64,000 bases of DNA. Source: Bdellovibrionales bacterium (lineage in GTDB: Bacteria > Bdellovibrionota > Bdellovibrionia > Bdellovibrionales > UBA1609). Shown here one piece after another: positions 19,101 through 28,247 of the stretch. The position numbers were made by a program, and so were the translations under genes. Every line of letters starts with the position of its first letter. Within the stretch, counting starts at the first letter, position 1. The notes beneath the pieces were generated by a model that saw only the letters and a list, made by a program, of their open reading frames with translations, was not told the origin of the DNA and did not search any database. The stretch spans positions 2,368,001-2,432,000 of the forward strand of contig OZ241329.1 in the NCBI GenBank assembly GCA_965199825.1, read 5' to 3'.

Positions 19101-19329
19101 TGCGCGCATTGGTATAGTAAAATTATTTAAAAATGAATTGATGGATGCAAAAGTCTGGTTTGATAAAGCGTTGAGTAAAAACCCAAAAGAAAAATATGCA
19201 CTTTGGGGTCTAGCCGGACTCTATCACCAGTTTCATTTTAAAAAACGTTATGATCAAGTGGCTTCACAAGCTCGTGCTGTCGGACTTCCGTCGGGTCCGA
19301 TTCATCCGTTTGTTGATCACGCATTTTAG
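16108..19329 (+). CDS. GltD (AgmU)-like large TPR protein with extra C-terminal TPRs
   Basis: 1073 aa, signal peptide, many TPRs, WTIAALYGLG...FIRSAPLPQGL segment as recalled for GltD; TAATG coupling to upstream gene. Confidence 0.7.
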   Translation: MIAILLYIGVAFGGVTQQMTLEQMRRDLARVDKSSEETKAKIKTVRDARFLPDLYFALAEFYVEKARYMYSIKVAENPKTPLDEMDFTGERRPKLQAIETYDTLIDKFPKLPERDKAIFYKAHELRELGRLDDMVKVYSQLTKEYPESEYWAESQVIIGDYFFDEKKDPAFAKDIYQKILKLPPGPFTTLAHYKIGWCDINSTDFKNALLEFEKVLNENKDADLTKLPEIFRKTDVRRDALLAMVWPYSELSQKDLKTMGNDERMNALTYFYSLSPDPASYEKVLSRLGRRLALKLRMIETTQVYFELLRITQDIETRMDVVERLYVSMKNSQKPWPVHGLVQEIAKTLPQIKASSTLKEGVKKKAINDWEIFARDVATRSQKRAKETREQLDWDWTIRDYNAYLSAFPESKFASTLKLNLAESYFANHQQVKAARTYEEIARETKDKEKHKEYLDSAIQSYIAALRDQSHLSRLELTEVRFGLRDVGQDFIKLNPNDKAAQDIQLNIAQTYYDERDFDKAVQGFKLFLKNYPQSPQVSVAANLILDSYNQREDYKGIVREGRELLKTPAVKDPALKTQISQIVEQAEMRAVQKAAGEFGSANYAANLMNLANKYKGSSLGDQALYEAFVALRAKKDPKFYESGEQLLLQHSTSKYAQEVATSMGQMALTTADFRRAALYFELYYDRYSSKPEAKEFLTNAAKIRELLGDFKVAGRDNEKLNQGDAVAKQDFLAQDWTALLRSAAKAQGINVPYYEGLAQYRLRGVGPARPSLEQAASNQSKDFSDQEKAAHALYLLSMGAMTSYKQIQLKAGNESKIVQEKAGALKDLESNLKKVIAFGNGRWTIAALYGLGQANKEFAQFIRSAPLPQGLSADQQKQFHQALEKQAQTYDQNTKTYFNDCVNNAEKFEVFTRFALGCQSGGQLVVDEAKEVQTVAHAQEKDPAGVTEVRKQLFDQPRNLNLLIKLSDIYLKNQDYAMTELILNRAQDIEPENSQIPARIGIVKLFKNELMDAKVWFDKALSKNPKEKYALWGLAGLYHQFHFKKRYDQVASQARAVGLPSGPIHPFVDHAF

Positions 19330-19358
19330 AATATGAAATCAGCTGCCGATAGTTTGAG

Positions 19359-21233
19359 GTGGGCGCAATTAAACAAAGTAATCAGAGCCGAGTTTCATTA
19401 AAAATCACCGATGGCAACGGCGTCATCTTTGAGCGAATATTTTCGCAATTTCCAATTCATATTGGGCGCTCCACCAATTGTGAAGTTCCACTTCCGCAGT
19501 TCAACTGGATTTCTCGTCAGCACTTAAAAATCGATATGGAAGACGGACAGCTCTATTGCTACGAGCTCAGCGTGAACAATGGTTTAAAGGTGAACAACAC
19601 TTTACAAAAAAAAGTGCCTCTCACCGAAAATCTTGTATTAGAATTGCTCTCGATTCGTCTTTACATTCATTTTCCAAAAGCAAACGAAATGACCCAAAGC
19701 TCGCTCTCCGTCGTCAGCTCTGAAGATGCAACTGTGATTGAAGCATTCGTGCCCCAAAAGCATGAGCATCATGGTTTTTTAAGACCCACGATTTCGGGTG
19801 GACTTGAGGCCTTAAATCTTTCGGCCCCTTTCCCCTCGGTTGATCGCTTGGCCCGCAACCGTCGAGTGCTCGAAGCGTTTGTGACCTGGAAGGGTCAACT
19901 TGTTGATAGTAAACTGTGCCGCGCCGGCGGAAACTTGCGAGTCGGGCGCACCAGAGAATCTTTATATGTTCCAACTTTGTCGCGCACTTTTGAAATTGCC
20001 AGCTATGACGGAAATTTTGGCGAGTGTTTACTGCCTGAAAAAGCAAATGGATTTCTATATTCAACCAATGATAGAAAAACTGCTCTTCAAGATCTAATAA
20101 AGGGACAAGCCCTAAATAAAAAAGGTCGACAGTACGCCCTTCGTTTAATGCCTCTTGATGTGTGTCAGCTCAATATGGGCCATGACATCCAACTTTATCT
20201 TCGCTACGCCCCTGCTCCACGTCAGCTTTCAAAAAAGGGTTTAACCGAACCCGATGAGTTGCTCCAAAAAGCGGGATTATTTTCTGGATTATTTCATCTT
20301 TTGTTTTTGCTCTTGGTGGTCTTTATTGGACCCCAACAGCATGTATTAAAAGTTAAAAATTTGTCGCCCCGGATTGCAAAACTGATTGTGACAAAACCAA
20401 AACCTCCTGAGCCTCCACCACCTGAAGAAAAAAAACCTGAACCTCCAAAGGTTGCAGAACAAAAACCAAAGCCCGAGAAAGTTCCCAAAAAAGTTCAGCC
20501 CAAACCTAAACAAGTTGTGGTTAAGACAAGCCCTGATTTGAAAAAAATCAATAAGCTTCCGGTTCATGTGAAAGAACAAGCGGATGCGACGGCTCCTACA
20601 AAAATGCCAGAAAAAAATGTTGAAGCTCTCGGCGCACTCGCAGCACTTGGTGCACTGGGCGCACCGACTCCCACAGCAAAAGATCAAGCGGTGTCGATCA
20701 ACGTCAACGCCAATGCAGGCGGCGCAAGTTCACTTTCAACAACCGGTGTGATTGGTACTCTTAAATCCAAAGGCGGCAAACTTGAAGCTGGCGGATTAGC
20801 TGGAGTTAAAACTACAGGCAAAGGTTTTGGAACAGGAACAGGTTACGGAGTTCAAGGTCTACAAGGTCGCGCTGGTGCTCGAGGAGTTCAAGGCTCAGTG
20901 ATTGGTACACCATCACTCATGAAATTGAGCGGCAGTGAAGGTCTCACACAAAAAGAAGTGATGGACGTTGTTAAAAAATATGCCGGAAAAATTCAGCAAT
21001 GTTATGAGCGAGCTCTCTTAGCCGAGACCGGCCTTGCAGGACGAATTGAGTATCAATGGTCAATCACACCAAAAGGTGTCGTGACCGATGCGAGTGTGAA
21101 GCGCTCGGATATGAAAAATGCCGATCAACTCAACGAATGTGTTTTGACTGTGTTTAAAGGGATGAAGTTTCCTCCTGCTAAAAACGGTCAAGGAACAACA
21201 CCAAGCATTGGATTCCCATTCGGCCGCATGTAG
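19359..21233 (+). CDS. GltG-like protein: FHA domain, TM, Pro/Gly-rich linker, TonB-C-like (AgmX/PglI C-terminal) domain
   Basis: FHA motifs IGRS, ISRQH, NG; one TM; PPEPPPPEE linker; IQQCYERAL...CVLTVFKGMKFP C-terminus. Confidence 0.8.
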   Translation: MGAIKQSNQSRVSLKITDGNGVIFERIFSQFPIHIGRSTNCEVPLPQFNWISRQHLKIDMEDGQLYCYELSVNNGLKVNNTLQKKVPLTENLVLELLSIRLYIHFPKANEMTQSSLSVVSSEDATVIEAFVPQKHEHHGFLRPTISGGLEALNLSAPFPSVDRLARNRRVLEAFVTWKGQLVDSKLCRAGGNLRVGRTRESLYVPTLSRTFEIASYDGNFGECLLPEKANGFLYSTNDRKTALQDLIKGQALNKKGRQYALRLMPLDVCQLNMGHDIQLYLRYAPAPRQLSKKGLTEPDELLQKAGLFSGLFHLLFLLLVVFIGPQQHVLKVKNLSPRIAKLIVTKPKPPEPPPPEEKKPEPPKVAEQKPKPEKVPKKVQPKPKQVVVKTSPDLKKINKLPVHVKEQADATAPTKMPEKNVEALGALAALGALGAPTPTAKDQAVSINVNANAGGASSLSTTGVIGTLKSKGGKLEAGGLAGVKTTGKGFGTGTGYGVQGLQGRAGARGVQGSVIGTPSLMKLSGSEGLTQKEVMDVVKKYAGKIQQCYERALLAETGLAGRIEYQWSITPKGVVTDASVKRSDMKNADQLNECVLTVFKGMKFPPAKNGQGTTPSIGFPFGRM

Positions 21234-21317
21234 GCCGAGCCCCACTTAAGTCGAGTTCTTTTTTGTCAGCTACTCACAATCCCCTTTGCTTGCTTAAATA
21301 GTTTCGAGGGGTAACAC

Positions 21318-21968
21318 ATGCTTCATACATTGCTCGAACATTATCGCGAAGGTGGCTTTTTTATGCACGTAATCTTAGGCACATCGGCCTTAGGTTTTGT
21401 GATCGTCATCGAGCGCTTTATTATAATCAATCAAGCCTCTTCGGTAAGAAAAGAAGAGCTTCTCAATCACGTCAACTCCTACATTCTTCAAGGTCATCTT
21501 GATAAAGCAATCGCGGTCACTTCACAGGTTCGAAATCCTCTCACCAATATTGTTCGGGCCGGACTTCAGGCGGTAGCTAACAACGGCGGAACAGAAGAGG
21601 TCCAGACTGCGATGGATGCGGTCGCATTAAGAGAAATTCCGCGGATCGAGCGACGAGTGGGTTTACTCTCCATGCTATCAAACGTTGCAACTCTTGTGGG
21701 ATTACTCGGAACGGTGACCGGGATGATCGGCGCCTTTGCTACGGTTGCTAACGTGTCACCTTCAGAAAAAGCAACGTTATTGGCGAACGCAATTTCTGAA
21801 GCGATGAATTGTACGGCGTTTGGACTTGTTGTTGCGATTCCGCTGCTTGCTGCGTTTGGATGGTTAAATTCAAAAGCTCAAGATACGGTTGATGATATTC
21901 ATGAATCAGCAGTGGCCACATTGAATTTTATTTTGGTTAATCGCGATAAAATTTTAAAAGGAAGATAA
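21318..21968 (+). CDS. aglR: MotA/TolQ/ExbB family proton channel, AglR-like
   Basis: ATLVGLLGTVTGMI and AISEAMNCTAFGL..AIP motifs; context. Confidence 0.8.
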   Translation: MLHTLLEHYREGGFFMHVILGTSALGFVIVIERFIIINQASSVRKEELLNHVNSYILQGHLDKAIAVTSQVRNPLTNIVRAGLQAVANNGGTEEVQTAMDAVALREIPRIERRVGLLSMLSNVATLVGLLGTVTGMIGAFATVANVSPSEKATLLANAISEAMNCTAFGLVVAIPLLAAFGWLNSKAQDTVDDIHESAVATLNFILVNRDKILKGR

Positions 21969-22403
21969 ATGAGCGGCGGCGGCGGAGAGTATGAGTTAAA
22001 CCTTACGTCCTACATCGATTTGATGAGCACATTAATTGTGTTTTTATTAATGACCGCAGTCTGGAATCAAATCTCTGTTTTATCCTCTGATACCGGCGGT
22101 ACCACCGCCTCGGATACTCCCAGTCCCCCAAGTAACAAACCAAAAGTCTCTTTAAGTGTGACAATTTTAAAAGACCAAATGGAAATGACCGAAAATAGCA
22201 GCTCAGTCAAAATTCCACATCAAGGCGATGATCTCGACACTATGAGAATGGTCGGAATTTTAAACCAGTGGAAACAAAAATATCCCGAAAAAAATGATGT
22301 CACATTGAATACCGAAAACTCGGTTTCGTACAAAATGTTGATTCGGGCGTTTGATACATTGGTTGGAAATAATTTTCCTGATGTGGGAGTAAGCACTCAG
22401 TGA
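21969..22403 (+). CDS. aglQ: ExbD/TolR family protein, AglQ-like
   Basis: ELNLTSYIDLMSTLIVFLL TM with conserved Asp; order aglR-Q-S. Confidence 0.7.
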   Translation: MSGGGGEYELNLTSYIDLMSTLIVFLLMTAVWNQISVLSSDTGGTTASDTPSPPSNKPKVSLSVTILKDQMEMTENSSSVKIPHQGDDLDTMRMVGILNQWKQKYPEKNDVTLNTENSVSYKMLIRAFDTLVGNNFPDVGVSTQ

Positions 22404-22951
22404 AATCCTCATCGATTATTCCTCCTGGTTATAATGTTCTGCCAAAATATGATCTGCCCCACCTAAGACATCGCTTGTATGGACACGGAAAAAAGCCTGC
22501 CGATTTTAATCTCAGCCTTACTGCGATGATTGATATGTTTTCAACGCTCGTCGTATTTTTACTTCTTAATTTTTCGGCAACGGGCGAGGCCTACTTTGTT
22601 TCGAAAAATGTGGTCATTCCTGAGGCTAGCAATGTTCGCCAACTTCAAAGTCTTCCACTGGTGTCGCTCACCAAAGAAGGTGTCTCGATTGATTCGATCG
22701 GTTTAGTTGGAACAAATCCTGGTGTGATGACCATGGACGATTGGGAAATGCCCGGACTTGTTGCGGCTCTACAAAAAATCAAAGCGTCGCAAGCGACCTT
22801 AAAACAGGCCGGTGTTGAGCCTAAGGCCGAAGTCAATATTCAGGCAGATCAGGGCGTTTCGGTTGTGCACATTAAACGTGTGATGAATGTTTTAATTTCA
22901 GAGGGATTCACCGGAATTAATTTTGCGGTTCGTGAGGTCAATGCCCACTAA
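22400..22951 (+). CDS. aglS: ExbD/TolR family protein, AglS-like
   Basis: LSLTAMIDMFSTLVVFLL TM; IQAD motif; FAV C-terminus. Confidence 0.7.
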   Translation: MKSSSIIPPGYNVLPKYDLPHLRHRLYGHGKKPADFNLSLTAMIDMFSTLVVFLLLNFSATGEAYFVSKNVVIPEASNVRQLQSLPLVSLTKEGVSIDSIGLVGTNPGVMTMDDWEMPGLVAALQKIKASQATLKQAGVEPKAEVNIQADQGVSVVHIKRVMNVLISEGFTGINFAVREVNAH

Positions 22952-23178
22952 GGGGTTTCGTATTTCATTTGTGGTTCGGGTTTCGGCATACCTTCGATCA
23001 TCTCAGCCTTAAAATCGGTTCGATATTTCACATAGTTTTTTAAACGATTTTTATCGCGGGCAATCATCTTTAAACGGTCATCACCGTGCAGTTCCCCTTT
23101 GATATTCAAATCTTCAAGATCCATTTTATTTTGGCTAAAACTCGGAAGACCCAATAAAATCAGTATAAAAAAAGTCAT
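22948..23178 (-). CDS. GltF-like small exported protein
   Basis: Signal peptide then DLEDLNIKGE...R...KYRTDFKAEM, resembling the GltF DF.D..I.GE...R..F..E pattern from memory. Confidence 0.6.
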   Translation of the reverse strand: MTFFILILLGLPSFSQNKMDLEDLNIKGELHGDDRLKMIARDKNRLKNYVKYRTDFKAEMIEGMPKPEPQMKYETP

Positions 23179-23203
23179 ACAATCACGCTAACCAAAAAGT
23201 GGC

Positions 23204-23566
23204 CTACTGACAATAGCGTTTGGTGGTTTCTAGGAGTTCGTCGATGTTGATCGGCTTTACAAATGCTTCCGACGCCGAAGTGGTTATTTTTTTGCTGTGA
23301 ATGTTGTAGTCCGCACTCATAATGAATACCGGAATATTCGCCAGGCGTGGGTTTCTAATTTGCTCATCGCGAAATTCAAAACCGTTCATCACCGGCATCA
23401 TCAAATCGAGCAAAATAAAATTGGGCAGCACATCGAGTGAATTGAGTAAGCTCAAAGCTTCTTGGCCATTGTTGGCACACTCCACCTCGTGACCTTCGCT
23501 CATAAAGAGGTGTTTTAATATCAGTTGGATATCCATCGAATCTTCAACAATCATCACCTTGGTCAT
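23204..23566 (-). CDS. Single-domain response regulator
   Basis: VMIVEDS, ILLDLMMP, MSA, FVKP receiver motifs. Confidence 0.9.
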   Translation of the reverse strand: MTKVMIVEDSMDIQLILKHLFMSEGHEVECANNGQEALSLLNSLDVLPNFILLDLMMPVMNGFEFRDEQIRNPRLANIPVFIMSADYNIHSKKITTSASEAFVKPINIDELLETTKRYCQ

Positions 23567-23628
23567 CTTTATTTTACTCCTTCGAAGGCACTATATAACG
23601 AAATCATCTTTAAAATTTGACAAAGTTT

Positions 23629-24324
23629 TTACGAAAGCTGGAATTTATAGCCTATTCCCGAAACAGTTTTAACTGCTGCCTCATAGGGATGAATTTTTTT
23701 TCTCAATGTGCAGATATGTTTATCGATAGATCGGTCCTCGATAAAAACCTGGGAACCCCAAATCGCCTGCAAGAGTTGGGTTCGTGACAAAACCAAATTG
23801 GGGTTTTGTGCAAGATGAAGCAATAATTTGAATTCGATGGGTGTGAGGCTGATGTGTTTTTCGCCCTCGTCGACTTTTAAATATGCCGCCATACTCTGCA
23901 CTTCAAGCCGGAGCGGCCCGCGCGAAATATTCTCGGATAGAAATCGGCGGCGCTGGGATCTTAAAACCTGACTCTCAACACGAAGCAAAAGCTCATCGGG
24001 ATCAAAAGGCTTGGTGACATAGTCGTCGGCGCCTAATGAAAATCCTAAATATTTATCTTCAATCGAATTTTTAGAAGTTAAAAATATAACCGGAGTTCCA
24101 GAACGCTCAAGGGTCTGATTAAACTCTTTATAAAGATCAAATCCCAAACCATCAGGAAGTAAGACATCGATCAATAAAAGTGAATATGAAGTATGCACCA
24201 GTTTCATTCGAGCTTCAGCCAACGTTCCAACAATCTCGATTTTAAATTTAAAACCAAGCGAGCTTTTTATTATCAAAGCTGAATCGGCTGAATCTTCGAC
24301 GACTAAGATTATTCCTAAATTCAT
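23629..24324 (-). CDS. OmpR/PhoB family response regulator
   Basis: Receiver (VVEDS, IDVLLP, GADDYVTKP) plus wHTH (LTPIEFKLL, IDKHICTLRKK, TVSGIGY). Confidence 0.92.
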   Translation of the reverse strand: MNLGIILVVEDSADSALIIKSSLGFKFKIEIVGTLAEARMKLVHTSYSLLLIDVLLPDGLGFDLYKEFNQTLERSGTPVIFLTSKNSIEDKYLGFSLGADDYVTKPFDPDELLLRVESQVLRSQRRRFLSENISRGPLRLEVQSMAAYLKVDEGEKHISLTPIEFKLLLHLAQNPNLVLSRTQLLQAIWGSQVFIEDRSIDKHICTLRKKIHPYEAAVKTVSGIGYKFQLS

Positions 24325-24436
24325 ACTCGTTATTTTAGATCAACTCTTGCGAAATACAATGGCTGAGCCCGAACACAAGCTTTGGCAGCGTCACAATCGA
24401 TTTAAAATTTAATTTAAAATATAATGGTGAACTTAT

Positions 24437-25318
24437 TTACAGTTTAAGCCCAAGTGAAATTAGCAGTTCAGCGTTTATAATAAATGGCTTAGCGTTGGCC
24501 ATCGCGCCCAATCGAAATTCAGGTGCTAAGACAAACTGACCGTAATCGATATCGATACCAGTTGCCACCTGAACTAAATAATAATCTTTTAATGCCTCGC
24601 TGATCACTTGATATGTCGGAGTTCCATCTTGAACGGTTGCGGTCATCGATGTGGCATGATCGAGTTCGGCGCTGAAGCCAAACCAAAAAGCGGCTTCTGT
24701 TGACGGATAGTATTTAAGAAGTGCCCCCACCCCTAAGAAATTTTCCGAAACCATGGCCTGCGGAATGGTGGTCGGATTGACCCCATTTACAAAAGTGGCT
24801 GTCCCTTTGAGTTTTATGTTACGAAACGAAAGAAGGGGTCGAACCACCCATCGCGGATTGAGCGGAATTTCGAGATAAAGTTCAAATAGCGGAGCAAAAC
24901 TTTCGAGCGAGGCCACATCATAAGTGTTTGTTGTGGTATTGAATGTGGCTTGAAAAGATTTGGATCCTTGGTGGTTATAATTTCCGCCAGCAGAAATCCC
25001 AAAAGATCGCTCGCGTTTGACTTCAACGACCTCTTCGTTGGTCACATCATCGCGATCGCGGGTATAAGAAAATTTTAAGTTTTTAGCCACAATATAGCCA
25101 GGAACTCTTTTACCTTTAAACATCACCAATACTTTTTTGAAGCCGCCATAAGGATTGGGCGAGACCACCACCACATCGCCATGAGCGAGCTCTGAAATCA
25201 CCTTTGCGGATGCCGAGGGTTTTTCATAAACGGTTAAAGGCTCTTCAATATAAAGATCCAAAATGGCAAAACAGGGCGAAACAAATAAAGCGGTGACGGC
25301 CAATAATAATTTGCGCAA
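24437..25318 (-). CDS. Exported protein, SH3b-like N-terminus plus probable outer-membrane beta-barrel
   Basis: Signal peptide; VYEKPSASAKVISEL..GD segment; amphipathic beta-strand C-terminal region. Confidence 0.55.
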   Translation of the reverse strand: MRKLLLAVTALFVSPCFAILDLYIEEPLTVYEKPSASAKVISELAHGDVVVVSPNPYGGFKKVLVMFKGKRVPGYIVAKNLKFSYTRDRDDVTNEEVVEVKRERSFGISAGGNYNHQGSKSFQATFNTTTNTYDVASLESFAPLFELYLEIPLNPRWVVRPLLSFRNIKLKGTATFVNGVNPTTIPQAMVSENFLGVGALLKYYPSTEAAFWFGFSAELDHATSMTATVQDGTPTYQVISEALKDYYLVQVATGIDIDYGQFVLAPEFRLGAMANAKPFIINAELLISLGLKL

Positions 25319-25432
25319 AGTTTAGATCTCCTCGTGAACAATAGTATGCGTAGAGAGAATCAAATCACGACAACCCCCTGAAAGCCATTTTAGAGTGCTT
25401 GACCTTTTGACACACTCAGACTAGATGCGGAC

Positions 25433-26014
25433 ATGGCAAAACTTCGAATTCAACCTCTCCAAATTTCTTTAAATGAAATTCCAAACCAAGGGAAAACTTA
25501 TCAATACACTCGCGAGTCTGCCGAGCTTGATAAAGCTTTTTCTGATTTGATTTTGCCACAGCAAAATTATTCGGTGGAAATCACGATCAAACCCATGGGA
25601 AATGTTTTCGAAATGCGTGGGAGTTTAAAAACCCAAATGCAAATTCCTTGTGCATTGTGTGGGATCGATCTTCCTCATCAAGTGGACGAAAACCTCCAAG
25701 AGATCTTGGTGATCGAGGAAAATTTGCCGCGGGCGGGCCACGAAGCCAAGGTCAACCATGTGCATGAACTTCATGAGGGACCTTCGGCACAAATGCTTGA
25801 GACCGAGATCTTTGATGTGGCCGAGTATCTTCATGAAATGCTTGCGCTCACAGTGCCAATTCGAAAGACTCGCGGCACCGAGTGTGAATCAGGATTTTGT
25901 TTAGAGCTTGAAGAATACGTTAAAAATGGATTGCTCACTCTTGATACCAAATCAAAAGGGACTGCGACCCATAATCCGTTTGGTGTCCTTCAGGGTTTAA
26001 AATTAAAAAGTTGA
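25433..26014 (+). CDS. yceD: YceD/DUF177 family protein
   Basis: CALC motif, NPFGVLQGLK C-terminus, position before rpmF. Confidence 0.85.
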   Translation: MAKLRIQPLQISLNEIPNQGKTYQYTRESAELDKAFSDLILPQQNYSVEITIKPMGNVFEMRGSLKTQMQIPCALCGIDLPHQVDENLQEILVIEENLPRAGHEAKVNHVHELHEGPSAQMLETEIFDVAEYLHEMLALTVPIRKTRGTECESGFCLELEEYVKNGLLTLDTKSKGTATHNPFGVLQGLKLKS

Positions 26015-26086
26015 TTTTTAGATGATTTCGGGCAAATTTTAGCCAAATCAAAGAACACGTTCATCTCCAACGCTTAAGGATATCAT

Positions 26087-26266
26087 ATGCCTACCCCAAA
26101 GAAGAAGACGTCGCGATCTAAACGAGATATGCGCCGCTCTCATGATTCGATCTCAGCACCAAACGTTGTGTCATGTAACAACTGTAATGCGCTGACTCGT
26201 CCGCACCGTGTTTGTCCCACTTGCGGCTATTATAGAGGTAAAGAAATCGTCCAACCGCGCGCTTAA
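26087..26266 (+). CDS. rpmF: 50S ribosomal protein L32 (59 aa, missed by ORF track)
   Basis: MPTPKKKTSRSKRDMRRSH...CNNC...PHRVCPTCGYYRG; AAGGA SD. Confidence 0.97.
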   Translation: MPTPKKKTSRSKRDMRRSHDSISAPNVVSCNNCNALTRPHRVCPTCGYYRGKEIVQPRA

Positions 26267-26292
26267 ATCATTTCATCGAAGCAGGTACAGCA

Positions 26293-27294
26293 GTGCGCAC
26301 ACAGGGTATCTTTCGGAGTAAAATCGCCGGAATCGGGTCCTATCTCCCCGAAAAAAGATTAACAAATTTTGACCTCGAAAAGCTTGTGGATACTAATAAC
26401 GAGTGGATCGTCAATCGCACGGGGATCCATTCGCGCCATATTGCGAGTGGTGATCAAGCCACAAGCGATTTGAGTTTGATTGCGGCTCAGCGGGCTATGG
26501 CCAAAGCCAATGTCGCCGCTCAAGATCTGGAAATGATCTTGGTGGCGACAGTTTCGCCCGACCACATTATGCCCAATACCGCGTGCATTCTTCAGGCAAA
26601 ACTGGGTGCTGGCAACTGCATGGCTGTCGATATTTCTGCGGCCTGTTCTGGTTTTGTTTATGGATTGTCGATTGCTGATCTGTATGTCACCACCGGAAAA
26701 TACAAAACGGTTTTGGTGATCGGTGCTGAAGTTTTGCATCCTTATGTGAATTACAAAGACCGCGAAACTTGTATTTTGTTTGGTGATGGTGCGGGGGCAG
26801 CGATTATTACTCGATCCAATGAGGGCGAACCCTCTGAATTGATTTCCTCTCATTGTCATGCCGACGGACAAATTTCTGATTTATTTATGCTACCTGCGGG
26901 TGGATCAAAAATTCCATTTTCCCAACATGTTTTAGATAACGACCTGCAATTTGTGAAGATGAAGGGTCGCGAAATTTTTAAAAATGCGGTTCGCACGATG
27001 TCGCTCAGTTGTGAAGAAGCTTTAAGGGCGAACAACATGACTGGAGCCGATGTGGATTGGCTCATTCCGCACCAAGCCAACGCACGTATTGTTGAAGCTG
27101 TGGCCAAACATTTTGGCATTCCGATGACCAAAGTGATTTTAGAAATTGCTGATATGGGGAACACTTCGGCTGCAACAATTCCTGCAGCCTTTGATATTGC
27201 GATTCAAGACGGGCGCATCAAGCGCGGAGATACCATACTGCTCACCGCTTTCGGCGCTGGAATCACCAGCGGAAGCTTTTTGTTGAGGTATTAA
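26293..27294 (+). CDS. fabH: 3-oxoacyl-ACP synthase III
   Basis: AACSGF, PHQAN, GNTSAA motifs. Confidence 0.95.
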   Translation: MRTQGIFRSKIAGIGSYLPEKRLTNFDLEKLVDTNNEWIVNRTGIHSRHIASGDQATSDLSLIAAQRAMAKANVAAQDLEMILVATVSPDHIMPNTACILQAKLGAGNCMAVDISAACSGFVYGLSIADLYVTTGKYKTVLVIGAEVLHPYVNYKDRETCILFGDGAGAAIITRSNEGEPSELISSHCHADGQISDLFMLPAGGSKIPFSQHVLDNDLQFVKMKGREIFKNAVRTMSLSCEEALRANNMTGADVDWLIPHQANARIVEAVAKHFGIPMTKVILEIADMGNTSAATIPAAFDIAIQDGRIKRGDTILLTAFGAGITSGSFLLRY

Positions 27295-27299
27295 TTAAA

Positions 27300-28247
27300 A
27301 TGGCTGTGGCGATGTTTCCCGGTCAAGGCTCGCAATCTGTGGGTATGGGTAAAGACCTTTACGACAATTTTAGTTTGAGCCAACGTGCGTTTGAAGAAGC
27401 CTCAGATACTCTATCGATAAACTTTAAAAAATTATTATTTGATGGCCCGGAAGATCAACTTCAGCTGACCGAAAATGCTCAGCCCGCCCTTCTTTTGACC
27501 TCGTTTGCTGCTTTTGCAATTATCGAAGACGAATATGGATTTATGCCTGAGAGTTCAAGTGGACATTCGGTTGGAGAATTTGCCGCATTTGTGGCGGCAA
27601 AAGTGATTTCGTTTTCTTATGCTTTAAAAGCCGTGAGGCTTCGGGGTGAAGCAATGCAATCAGCAGTACCGCTCGGCAAGGGCGGGATGCTTGCGGTGAT
27701 GGGCCTTGAGGCCCAAAAAGTTCATGAGCTTTGTGAATATGTGGTCAAGCAAAGTGGGCATGCCCCGCTTGAAGTTGCAAATTACAACACTCCCCAACAG
27801 ACGGTGATCTCAGGAAATATTTTAGCTATTGAGTGGATTTTAAATAACGATCTTAAAGAATTTTTAAAAACACAAAAACCAAAATTTATTCGACTTAAAG
27901 TTTCGGCACCCTTTCATTGTTCAATGATGAAACCTGCCGAAAAAAAATTAAGCCATTTTTTTTCAAATGACACGTTTGAAACTCCTCGGTTTCCGATTGT
28001 TCAAAACGTCACAGCCTGTGCCTCTGAAAATACGGAGGACTTAAAAAATAATCTGATCCACCAAGTCTCCTCACCGGTAAGATGGGTCGAGTGTGTCGAA
28101 CAACTCAAAACCACAAGTTCGATCGGGTTTGAATTTGGATCGGGCCGCGTGCTTCAAGGTTTGATCAAAAAGATTTCTCCTGATTTTAAGGTGATCTCGA
28201 TTGGCACAACCGATGACGTGAGGAATTTTAAAAATTATGAGCTTTAA
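27300..28247 (+). CDS. fabD: Malonyl-CoA:ACP transacylase
   Basis: FPGQGSQ, GHSVGE, VSAPFH, SPVRW. Confidence 0.95.
   Translation: MAVAMFPGQGSQSVGMGKDLYDNFSLSQRAFEEASDTLSINFKKLLFDGPEDQLQLTENAQPALLLTSFAAFAIIEDEYGFMPESSSGHSVGEFAAFVAAKVISFSYALKAVRLRGEAMQSAVPLGKGGMLAVMGLEAQKVHELCEYVVKQSGHAPLEVANYNTPQQTVISGNILAIEWILNNDLKEFLKTQKPKFIRLKVSAPFHCSMMKPAEKKLSHFFSNDTFETPRFPIVQNVTACASENTEDLKNNLIHQVSSPVRWVECVEQLKTTSSIGFEFGSGRVLQGLIKKISPDFKVISIGTTDDVRNFKNYEL

Noticed and set aside
20390..20520. AAACC/CCT-rich repeats in gltG
   Set aside because: Explained by Pro/Lys/Glu linker codons
21234..21317. Possible CCCCT/AGGGG SD-sequestering hairpin before aglR
   Set aside because: Only 5 bp with a long loop; too weak
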